From positions 1,268-65,267 of the forward strand of contig CALKKV010000029.1 in NCBI GenBank assembly GCA_937992195.1: a stretch of 64,000 bases of DNA, written 5' to 3'. Each line of letters opens with the position of its first letter. Position 1 is the stretch's first letter. The translations under genes were made by a program, and so were the position numbers. Below, one piece after another: positions 44,167-52,544 of this stretch. Below the pieces are notes generated by a model. The model was not told the DNA's origin and ran no database searches. It worked only from the letters and a program-made list of their open reading frames with translations. This stretch comes from an uncultured Gammaproteobacteria bacterium (lineage in GTDB: Bacteria > Pseudomonadota > Gammaproteobacteria > Arenicellales > Poriferihabitantaceae).

Positions 44167-45722
44167 ATCGTAGAAATTTCCTATGGTCGTCTCTCTATTC
44201 AAGTTTGATCTACGGAGCTGGCTCGTTGCCATCATTGTTAGAAGAGTCACATGCTGCTTTTGCGCCGATAAATAATCGCACGCTCATCAATCTTATGTGT
44301 GAGGGTGGTTGTGATTTCAGACATCTTATCGTGCCCGGATACAATCCCAATCAAGACAGCTTTGGATATAAATACTGGCAATATCGGCGCCGGACCCATC
44401 GGCTAGGTTCGAGCCCCAGTGAGTGGCAAGCGCGTTGGGAGCAGGACTATCATGGTTTTACAATTGATGCGCCTGGCACGCTAAATCATGGTGTGGTCTT
44501 CGGAATTTGGAGAGAGGCGGCTTGGCTCATCAAAATGTACAGAGAGGGAAAGCTGGCAATAATTTGCAATGCAGTTGGTGGGCAATCACGTGCGCACGAT
44601 CACTGTCAGTTGATATTAAACCAGGGTAATTTAACCTCCGGTGTAACCGATACCGAACGCTCGGGTTGGGGGGGTAGACTTGCCCGAAGCGCCGGTGGTA
44701 ACGCGGTCAGTTTAACAAATGTTTTAACACCGTTTTGTTTTGGTCCGTTGGGACCGTCGGCAGGATATGAAATGAATGCGGTGGACAATAGGGATTCCAT
44801 TCTAATTTCAGATTCAAGGAACCTTGGGGTTTTTGAAAGTGATCTTTCAATAGATCAAATGTCAGGCATAGCGACACGTCACAAAATGGCTCGCTCTGTT
44901 GCGGGCTACTACGCAAGCGTGCGTCAACAAGGAGTCGATGCGGTGTACAACAAAATTATGGACAATGAGCTAAAGCTGCGTGAAATTGGCGCGTTAATGA
45001 ATGAACGAATTGATTTTGAAGTCCCCCTTTTTATTCGTGGACTTTACGACGATAAAAATCATAACCTGAACAATAATTCTAGCGGACAGTCTCGACGTGT
45101 ATTGAAAAACGCTGAGTTCGGTGAGCAAATCCGTAACCTATTCGATGCTTTGGCATCCAACGATATTCTAAACTTACGCGCGGCGTCTTTAGTGTATGGA
45201 GGATGGGATAGTCATGCAAAGCAGCGTGGGAATGACTACGCCAATGGAGATAAACACGACCCTAATATTGACAGAGGAATAGAGGGCTTCTTCCAGGATA
45301 TTTTTGGGGGTCCATACTACCTAACCAGCGATGCTCCGCACGGTGCCTTATCCGCACTTTGGCAGAGTCTAAATCTCATCGATAAAGAGAAAATTGTTGT
45401 AACAGTCGCAAGTGAGTTTGGACGACAGCTCAGAGATAACGCGGATCATGGTACTGATCATGGCAGAGGAAATATTATGTTGGTCATGGGTGAAAAAGTC
45501 CAGGGCGGCATTTATGGTGAACTGTTTCCACAAAGTGAAGTGAGTAAATACGATGATTTTTCTTTGACCACTCCTGACATTGACGGTTTAACTGAAATTG
45601 ATTCAATATTTAATCATGTTTGTGATTGGGTATCGCCAAACTCTGGACAACTGGTGTTTCCTAATCAGCTGGATGCCATGATTGAACACGGCGTGGTGTT
45701 AAACAGTCTTTTTGAGCCTTAA
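44163..45722 (+). CDS. Tat-exported DUF1501-family protein
   Basis: MNRRNFL twin-Arg signal; GGCD, GWGGRLA, GGWDSH, SEFGR, GTDHG.G motifs. Confidence 0.85.
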   Translation: MNRRNFLWSSLYSSLIYGAGSLPSLLEESHAAFAPINNRTLINLMCEGGCDFRHLIVPGYNPNQDSFGYKYWQYRRRTHRLGSSPSEWQARWEQDYHGFTIDAPGTLNHGVVFGIWREAAWLIKMYREGKLAIICNAVGGQSRAHDHCQLILNQGNLTSGVTDTERSGWGGRLARSAGGNAVSLTNVLTPFCFGPLGPSAGYEMNAVDNRDSILISDSRNLGVFESDLSIDQMSGIATRHKMARSVAGYYASVRQQGVDAVYNKIMDNELKLREIGALMNERIDFEVPLFIRGLYDDKNHNLNNNSSGQSRRVLKNAEFGEQIRNLFDALASNDILNLRAASLVYGGWDSHAKQRGNDYANGDKHDPNIDRGIEGFFQDIFGGPYYLTSDAPHGALSALWQSLNLIDKEKIVVTVASEFGRQLRDNADHGTDHGRGNIMLVMGEKVQGGIYGELFPQSEVSKYDDFSLTTPDIDGLTEIDSIFNHVCDWVSPNSGQLVFPNQLDAMIEHGVVLNSLFEP

Positions 45723-45817
45723 CAATACTTCGTCCGAGTCTTTGCGGGCTATTCTATTATGGGTGTAATGTCCTGGAGCAATCGAGTTCGCAGCAGGTTT
45801 GCGCCGATTGGTCTTAC

Positions 45818-46315
45818 CTAAAGGCAAATTAATACGATCTTTATATTTGTGGATGTCACAGGAAAACAAAGACTGCTTTCAAGTAATGTATCTACTGGAC
45901 GATCGAAGCTTGGCGGTAGCTGATTTAGGAACGCATCGCCATTTTTAAAAATCAAGGAGTTGGTTGGTCCAGATGTCCAGCCAGGGTCGAGGCCTTGCTG
46001 AATTTCTTCAAGATTACTGAGGCTTCTAGGGTCGTTGTCCGAATTATTATTTTCAACGGATGCGATCGCGGCTTTGATGTCGCTGGACGAATATAACTCT
46101 ATAAAGTTCGAGCGAATCTCAAACCCATAAGTGTTCCAGGGTTCAAAGCCATTTTCGTTAGCATGGCAAACTTGGCACTGCCGATCTCCGGACTTGGAGT
46201 CTGGATAGCTTTCTCTCCACTCTTCCAGAAACTCAGGTCTACCTTGCGCGTTCGATGCTAAAAAACAAGCTGAAATTAGTGCAAGTGAAGCGAGCTGTCT
46301 TGCAAAAGTACGCAT
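45818..46315 (-). CDS. Small secreted mono-CxxCH (cytochrome c-like) protein with acidic loop and C-terminal CFP...LICL motif
   Basis: Sec signal (..ASNAQG), CQVCH at 46163-46177, WNTYG, NSDND...SNLEEI..G.DPG; starts 9 bp after DUF1501 stop. Confidence 0.75.
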   Translation of the reverse strand: MRTFARQLASLALISACFLASNAQGRPEFLEEWRESYPDSKSGDRQCQVCHANENGFEPWNTYGFEIRSNFIELYSSSDIKAAIASVENNNSDNDPRSLSNLEEIQQGLDPGWTSGPTNSLIFKNGDAFLNQLPPSFDRPVDTLLESSLCFPVTSTNIKIVLICL

Positions 46316-46324
46316 TGCGTCTGT

Positions 46325-47710
46325 TCAGCTAATGAAACCAAGATCCAAATCTGAATTACTCCAACCACCGTTATTCAAATTCGGAAACAGCTCTCGCAAT
46401 TCACTGTTTGTGAATCCGCCAAACCACTTTGCAACGGTAGAACTCATTTGGTCATGGGAAATCGATGGCACTAATATACCGCGCCCGTTGTCCCAGTATT
46501 GTGGATCATCAGCATTCATGATTGGCATGGTACCGTACACCTTACCGCCGTCTATGGGACCACCCATTACTATCTGATGCCCACCCCAGCCGTGATCGGA
46601 ACCACTGGAATTGCCCACCGCCGTGCGTCCAAAATCACTATTGGAAAAGGTCACGACATCATTCTGTAAGCCCATTTCGACTAAAGCTTCATAAAACGCG
46701 CCGAGCGCAGCGCTTAGCTGCCCTAGATTGCTCGCTTGTGCACTGCTGAGCGCAGCATGATTATCGTAGCCGTCCATCTCGACGTAAAATGTCTGCTGAG
46801 TATCTTCAACTCCGAGGCTGCGGCGAGAGTTCATAAGTGTCGCAATATTTTTAAAACTGCGGCCAATCCGAGTCGATGGAAAACTGGTCTGTAAATTTAG
46901 AATGGGTGAGCGTAATGCTTGTCGCACAAAATCACTCTGGGTTAACGAAGTATTAAATTTTTTACCAAACTCATTCAACAGCACATTGCCATAGTCATGG
47001 CTATACGCTGATTCAATAGCTGCGCGACGCTCTCGTTGAATAGGAACAGTTGATTGATAGCCAGGGACAATATGAACTACACCGCCGAAACCGTAAGGCG
47101 AAGTAATGGCGCCTTCCTGCCAAACGTTACTGGTGCTGGAAACGCTCATATTGAAAGGTACTTGCGCGGTCCATGTGTCGTTGTATAAATCGCCGATTCG
47201 CCCGGCCCAGCCGGTTCTGGTTTCACCTTCGAACGGTAAGCCAGAACGAATGAAGTGTTTTTGCGTAATATGTGAAAATAGCTTCGGTGGTAGCTCAACG
47301 CTGCGATCAATATAGTTCTGTGTGGTGGTTGGTTCTTTCAAAGAACCAACATTGGCAATAAACGCGAGATTGCCAGCGTTGTAAAGGTCCCGGACTTCGC
47401 CCATTGATGGGTGAATACCATATTTGTCGGTACCAGAGTCTATTTTTAAAACCGCGTCTCGATCTAATGCGCGATTTCCTCGCTGTTCTAAGTAGGCATC
47501 ATAATAGTCGTCGCTATCTTCAACTAAAATATTGCAATCGTTGCCTCCGGAAAGATATAGGCATACCATGGCGCGATAACCTTCCGGCCGTGTTGCGGCC
47601 AGGGCTGAAGAAGATAGTACGCCAAGGGTTGTATATGAGCTTGCAACCCCAGTTGCTCCGAACAAGGCGCAGTTACGTAGAAAATTTCGTCGGCTTCTCT
47701 GGTCAGTCAT
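46325..47710 (-). CDS. Tat-exported DUF1501-family protein
   Basis: SRRNFL twin-Arg signal; YRAMVCLYLSGGND, LFSH..Q, TGWAGR, GYDNH, SDFGRT, GSDHGWGG. Confidence 0.9.
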   Translation of the reverse strand: MTDQRSRRNFLRNCALFGATGVASSYTTLGVLSSSALAATRPEGYRAMVCLYLSGGNDCNILVEDSDDYYDAYLEQRGNRALDRDAVLKIDSGTDKYGIHPSMGEVRDLYNAGNLAFIANVGSLKEPTTTQNYIDRSVELPPKLFSHITQKHFIRSGLPFEGETRTGWAGRIGDLYNDTWTAQVPFNMSVSSTSNVWQEGAITSPYGFGGVVHIVPGYQSTVPIQRERRAAIESAYSHDYGNVLLNEFGKKFNTSLTQSDFVRQALRSPILNLQTSFPSTRIGRSFKNIATLMNSRRSLGVEDTQQTFYVEMDGYDNHAALSSAQASNLGQLSAALGAFYEALVEMGLQNDVVTFSNSDFGRTAVGNSSGSDHGWGGHQIVMGGPIDGGKVYGTMPIMNADDPQYWDNGRGILVPSISHDQMSSTVAKWFGGFTNSELRELFPNLNNGGWSNSDLDLGFIS

Positions 47711-47719
47711 CGTTAACTC

Positions 47720-49870
47720 CTAGCGTTGGAAATTGTATTCAGGGGAAACAGTAATCACGGTAAGCGCTTGCTGCGCAATATATTGGCGATTAGCGATAAC
47801 ACTGCCCTGATCGGGGAGCGTCTCGAGAAAGGTGATCACATCGTTACGCAGTGCTTGCGACATGATGCCGCCGAACAATCGCTCTTGATAGAAGTCCATT
47901 AGGTCGTTAAGGTTGTCAGCTAGCGCTTCGGCTTCGGAGAGATTTAGAATCATGGCTCTTCTCCTATCGCTTGAATAGGGCGCAGTGGCACTCACCGGAT
48001 CGGAGCCAACCAACTCTGATGTGGCCATTTGAAGCATACGACCAAGGAATTTAAGAACAATTTCATCCCTAAACAATTTCATTTCAGGTGCGACCAGACC
48101 TTGGTCTTTTAACGAGGCAGGACCATCAGTCGGTGCATAGAAGTTGAACACTGATGGCGCATCGTAGGGACGCTGGCCAAAATCACTATGGGAGTTTCCG
48201 TAACGAATGCGACCAATATCAGATTGTGCGTTAAAGGCTCTCCACAATTTCGAAATCGCTATTACTGGCTCTAGAATTTTACCTCCCGTAGATGAGCTCG
48301 GGGAACCTAATGCCGCTGGGTCCAGTAAAATGGCTTTCACCACCGCGCCTAGATCACCATATTCACCGCTACCATTGTCTCTGAATACCGCGGCGACGCG
48401 GCCAACGTATTCTCTTGGCGGATTGCTCATCACCAAGCGCTCTATCAAACGGGTTGAAATAAACGGCGCGACATTTGGATGATTGGCGATACTATCGAGA
48501 GCCATATCCAAATCCTCCTCTTGAGACAAACCGGCGGGATGAACTCTTCCCATAAACGTCTTTTCATCAAAGTCATGGGCAAAGCCATTCCCCCAAATGA
48601 TCAGCGGATTGAGATCCCACTGAGAGAAAACAAAGGAACCAGGGGAGTAAATCCAACCGGTGAAAATTCGCGCTAGATTTTGAACAGTTTCCGGCGAATA
48701 GGTCTCGATTTCGCGTCCATTAGCATCTAACCTGGGTGTACCGTCTTGATTTAATTCTGTTAACCCAATACTGAAAAGTTGCATGATTTCGCGAGCATAG
48801 TTTTCATCTGGCTGCCCGAATCGGCCTGCTTTTTGATTACCAACAAAGCTAAGGTAGTAAGCCATTGCCGGGTTAAGCGTAATGTCCTTTAATAGATCTC
48901 GATAGCTGCCGAACGCATGCTTTGATAGTACATCTTCATATACTACTGCAGCGCGCTGCCGGCCGCGGAGCGCGTTACCTAGCTGAGTTGATACGACAAA
49001 AACTTGACTCAGAGCATACACAACTCGTTGTCTAAGTTGGTCATTGCTTCGAATAGTACGTTCCCACCATTGGTCCATACGTATCCTTGAGGCTGCAGAG
49101 CCGTCTAGCAATGCATGCATATAGGTGATGCATTCCTCGGTCTCCAGAAAGCCTCGTGTTACACAATTGGTAGTTGGGCCGTTGTTATTCACATCAATGG
49201 CGACATCGTCTTTCAATCTATTTTGGTAGTTGGTGAAAGCATCAATAGACGACACTCTAGGCAGTCTTAATTGTTCGTCAATCCAGGCTTCATAGCCAAT
49301 CTCAAGAACCCGATCAAGTTCTGCCCTGGTTGGCCCGAAAGTAGCTCGGGCTAGAAACAGCTGGGCATCAGCGCGGGTTTTCGGGCCTGTACTTAATTCG
49401 GATGATATACGTGTAACGGTCCAACTACCTTCCGTACCATCTTCCAGTCTGATAACAATAGTGTTGTGAGACAGTTCACTAGCAGGAATTGTGAATTGGT
49501 TGATTCCATTAGTGAGCGTCCCTGCCAGTTGCCCATTAATATAGATCTCGACACTAGCCCCGTCTGGAATATCATCCATGGTGATGCTGAGATCTACGTC
49601 TTGAAACAGGCGATCAAAACGTAGTTCAAGGCCATCAGGATACTGATCGCTGGTATAACGCTGATTGCTCGTTTGTCCTACTCGCAAGGAAACCGGACCG
49701 GTCTCTTCGAGCAGCAGATAGATGATCGGCGAAAGTGCAGAAGTCTTAGGGGGCGCAGCTGAGGAAGTCTGCAGGCTAAGCATCAGCAGAACGCTCAACC
49801 AGACGAAAGTGCAGCAGAATTGTACGCTTAGTCCTCTTTTAGAAGAAGAACGATTCAACACCGAATACAT
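47720..49870 (-). CDS. Secreted DUF1800-family protein
   Basis: FLARATFGP, DQLRQRV.YALSQ.FVVS, NPAM..YL, PDENYAREIMQLFSIGL, NHPNVAPFI, APSVFNFY. Confidence 0.9.
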   Translation of the reverse strand: MYSVLNRSSSKRGLSVQFCCTFVWLSVLLMLSLQTSSAAPPKTSALSPIIYLLLEETGPVSLRVGQTSNQRYTSDQYPDGLELRFDRLFQDVDLSITMDDIPDGASVEIYINGQLAGTLTNGINQFTIPASELSHNTIVIRLEDGTEGSWTVTRISSELSTGPKTRADAQLFLARATFGPTRAELDRVLEIGYEAWIDEQLRLPRVSSIDAFTNYQNRLKDDVAIDVNNNGPTTNCVTRGFLETEECITYMHALLDGSAASRIRMDQWWERTIRSNDQLRQRVVYALSQVFVVSTQLGNALRGRQRAAVVYEDVLSKHAFGSYRDLLKDITLNPAMAYYLSFVGNQKAGRFGQPDENYAREIMQLFSIGLTELNQDGTPRLDANGREIETYSPETVQNLARIFTGWIYSPGSFVFSQWDLNPLIIWGNGFAHDFDEKTFMGRVHPAGLSQEEDLDMALDSIANHPNVAPFISTRLIERLVMSNPPREYVGRVAAVFRDNGSGEYGDLGAVVKAILLDPAALGSPSSSTGGKILEPVIAISKLWRAFNAQSDIGRIRYGNSHSDFGQRPYDAPSVFNFYAPTDGPASLKDQGLVAPEMKLFRDEIVLKFLGRMLQMATSELVGSDPVSATAPYSSDRRRAMILNLSEAEALADNLNDLMDFYQERLFGGIMSQALRNDVITFLETLPDQGSVIANRQYIAQQALTVITVSPEYNFQR

Positions 49871-49946
49871 GGCTTATATTTTTATTATTTTCAATCAAGA
49901 ACTGTGCACTTCCCGTTAACAGTCACAGAAAAGGCCCCCAGAGAAA

Positions 49947-49975
49947 ATACTACCGCAATTGCAGTCGACTGACAA
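49947..49975 (-). promoter_or_regulatory. Candidate sigma70 promoter for the minus-strand DUF1800-DUF1501-cytochrome operon
   Basis: Minus strand TTGTCA-17 nt-TAGTAT, about 77 nt upstream of ATG 49870. Confidence 0.5.
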
Positions 49976-50377
49976 CTATCAGCACCGATAGCACAGGTTT
50001 TCTATCGTCGCATGTTAGCTATTGTTCGGATTCGATTGAACGGTTTCTGTTCAAAATACCACAACGCTGTGATGAAGAGCAGGGCGACCGGTAATGAGTC
50101 TGCTAAGAGGCTGAATCACCATGCGCTAATTTGGTGATAAATGCGAAACAGACGCGCCAATGCCGTGATCGAAAAAAGCAAATATGGAGTTGGTTATTTT
50201 TTATCTCGTATCGATATGCCATCGTCCAGATAGGATTCTATTTTTATTGGATCTAATTCTGTTGTCTCTGGAAGCGGTAGAGGTATTTTTCAAATAAATT
50301 GAGATAAACCCAACAGGAGTACCAGGTTGGTTGTCATTGTGATCCATTTATTGAAAGCACTGGTAGAGAAATAACAA

Positions 50378-50629
50378 ATGAAGTTGGTTGCGATTATCCT
50401 GAACTTTAATGCGGCTGAGCTCACTTTAAAAGCTGTGGATTCCGCACTGAATGCATTGTCTGCGATAAGCGAAGAATGGCGATTAATTGTGGTTGATAAC
50501 GCTTCTACCGACGATAGTGCTGTCGAGATCAACACTCAAATCGTATCCAATAAAAAAGCCACTGGAGGGATCTGGAACTATGTTGAGTTTATCCAATCTT
50601 CTGAGAATGGCGGGTTACTGACTTTTTAG
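50378..50629 (+). pseudogene. Truncated GT2 glycosyltransferase (N-terminal 83 aa only)
   Basis: VAIILNFN, IVVDNASTDDS; ends at SENGG where N.GF..G.N and the rest of the GT-A fold should continue. Confidence 0.7.
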
Positions 50630-50772
50630 AGAAATACAAAGATTGATTGTCTGGTAGATTGATTTAGCCCGCTATCTAACCAAAAACTTATTAACAAGTC
50701 AGAAACCAAGAAACTCGCAAAGTCTTGGTATCCCAGATTTTATGGTTTCAGTCTTTTACGTCTGTTTTTTTA

Positions 50773-52389
50773 CTATGGAATAATTGTTACCAAAGTAGTT
50801 TGTATTCCACTGACGTCATTTCCATCATTTACGGTGTAGGAAATCGTGCGTGCCGTTGTGACAGGTGTGGCCCCAGCAGGAACCTCGTAGGAGTAGGTAA
50901 TACTTTCAATAGCATTTTCGAATGTTTCGTCCGTAACCTGCGCCCCGGCTTCAAGTCTAATCAGTAGCGTAGCGCTTTGTTGGCCGCTTACATCAAGCCC
51001 AGTTGGTGGGTTATCTAAACTCAAGCTGTCTCCATCTTGTGGATTTTGCACGCTCACCGTCGCAGATATTATGCTTGCTCCTAGAGAGCTTTGTGTAATG
51101 GTGGCGTTAGAGCTGGGATTTACAGCATTGCCACCAATAGTAAAGGAAGCTCCTCCTGTAACGCTAATGCTGGGTTCTACAGTTCCTCCATCATTTGTTG
51201 GATCGCCAACTCCATCTCCACCATCCGTAGCATCACCATCAGTTCCATCTGTCCCGTCATCATCAGTGGGCGGATCAAGAAAATCTGCGGTCAGATCGAC
51301 GTCGCATTCATTTAATGGGTCGGTCAGGGTCGGGCCAGTAGCGGTGTCAGTGTCAGTATCCGTATCCGTGCCATCAGTTGTATCTGTACCGGTATCTGTG
51401 TCTGTATCTGTATCGGTACCGGTATCATCAGTCGTATCAGTAGCAGTTGCTGTGGTGCCGGAAGATTCTTCCGGGATCACAAATCGAATCGTGTCGGCCG
51501 AATAGCTGAATCCATCGTTGACATAAAGGGTGGCAATATTATTACCCGCGTCAAGCTGCACGTCGCTGTTGAGATTTACGCAGGGTATATCTAATTCTCT
51601 TATCGATGTCTCACCATTAATAAACCAGCTGTAGCTCAAATCAAATGGTGCATCATCCGGGTCAGTGGATGATCTAGGATCGAGAAAGAAAGTACCACTG
51701 GTTGTGATACCTGTCCCTGCAACAGCACGAGGTTGACTTGTGCTAAGCAAAAAACTGCTCTCGTCAATAAAAACGACATTATCGATCAGAGTGAAGTATC
51801 CAAGACCTTCGCCTCTGGTGTTTTGGGTGAATTCAATAGCAATTTCTTGGCCGACGAGTTGATGCGTATCGATAAAGTGACCACTGAAGGCAGTATCTCT
51901 TGGCTCACTCGGGCAGCCTTCGGCGAGCTGTACAATTGCTGTGCGATAGGGTTGTTCGGAAATCACAGCACCAGTGGAATCGATAATATTAACGATAAAG
52001 TCGACAGGTTGGTCGCCCGGATCGGCGCTCAGGGTTTCTGTAAGCGCGGAAAAAATGACGCCGTTGCCGGCGATAAAAGGTTGAGATCTCAGCGTTGCAA
52101 TGGAATCCGTATCACCGTTTGGATTAGATCGTAGTAGGGCAGCGTAGTTACTTGTTGGATTTCCATTGAACGATATGGCCGTAGTGTCATTACCAGAAAA
52201 ACAGCTACCTTTAGCAGCGAGACTTGCAAAACCGCCGTTAATACCTCCGGGTGTCCATCCTTGAAAGGTGCCACTTTCAAAGTCTCCATCGAACAGTAAG
52301 CCGGTTTGCGCATCAGCGTTCGAGACAAAAAATACCGATTGCGCGATCATCGCTGCGAGTGGAAGTTTGGAACGTAGAAAAGTCTTCAA
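50773..52389 (-). CDS. Secreted acidic multi-domain protein (jelly-roll/CBM-like + PKD-like + Asp/Thr linker + Ig/cadherin-like)
   Basis: Probable TTG start 52389 gives a signal ending ..SNADA; FDGDFESGTFQGWT; PRAVAG..LD...STDPD..LSYSW; ARTISYTVNDG (ORF track starts at 52440). Confidence 0.75.
   Translation of the reverse strand: MKTFLRSKLPLAAMIAQSVFFVSNADAQTGLLFDGDFESGTFQGWTPGGINGGFASLAAKGSCFSGNDTTAISFNGNPTSNYAALLRSNPNGDTDSIATLRSQPFIAGNGVIFSALTETLSADPGDQPVDFIVNIIDSTGAVISEQPYRTAIVQLAEGCPSEPRDTAFSGHFIDTHQLVGQEIAIEFTQNTRGEGLGYFTLIDNVVFIDESSFLLSTSQPRAVAGTGITTSGTFFLDPRSSTDPDDAPFDLSYSWFINGETSIRELDIPCVNLNSDVQLDAGNNIATLYVNDGFSYSADTIRFVIPEESSGTTATATDTTDDTGTDTDTDTDTGTDTTDGTDTDTDTDTATGPTLTDPLNECDVDLTADFLDPPTDDDGTDGTDGDATDGGDGVGDPTNDGGTVEPSISVTGGASFTIGGNAVNPSSNATITQSSLGASIISATVSVQNPQDGDSLSLDNPPTGLDVSGQQSATLLIRLEAGAQVTDETFENAIESITYSYEVPAGATPVTTARTISYTVNDGNDVSGIQTTLVTIIP
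51341..51440 (-). repeat. Degenerate (Thr-Asp)n low-complexity linker
   Basis: TDTTDDTGTDTDTDTDTGTDTTDGTDTDTDTDT encoded by varied codons. Confidence 0.8.
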
Positions 52390-52544
52390 TGGTCTGCTTC
52401 TTTGTATGACGGAATCAAAAGCGATCCCTTGATTAATCAATTAACCTAACATTATCGGTCATGATGGCCCAAAGTGGAATCATTTTGACTACTCTCAGGT
52501 ATTATAATCCTTTAGAATCCGCGGTTTTTTGGAAAACCAACACT

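Noticed and set aside
45779-45810. Hairpin CAATCG...CGATTG between the convergent DUF operons as a terminator
   Set aside because: The stem is interrupted and has no U-tract on either strand; not supportable as an intrinsic terminator.
41330-52460. attR-type duplication of the tRNA-Pro 3' end or an integrase marking a mobile island
   Set aside because: No second copy of TCACCCCGACCA and no recombinase or transposase ORF seen, so it is not called a mobile element.
52485-52508. TTGACT...TATAAT upstream of gltX as a consensus promoter
   Set aside because: The spacer is only 12 nt; the -10 may be real but the pair does not fit sigma70 geometry.
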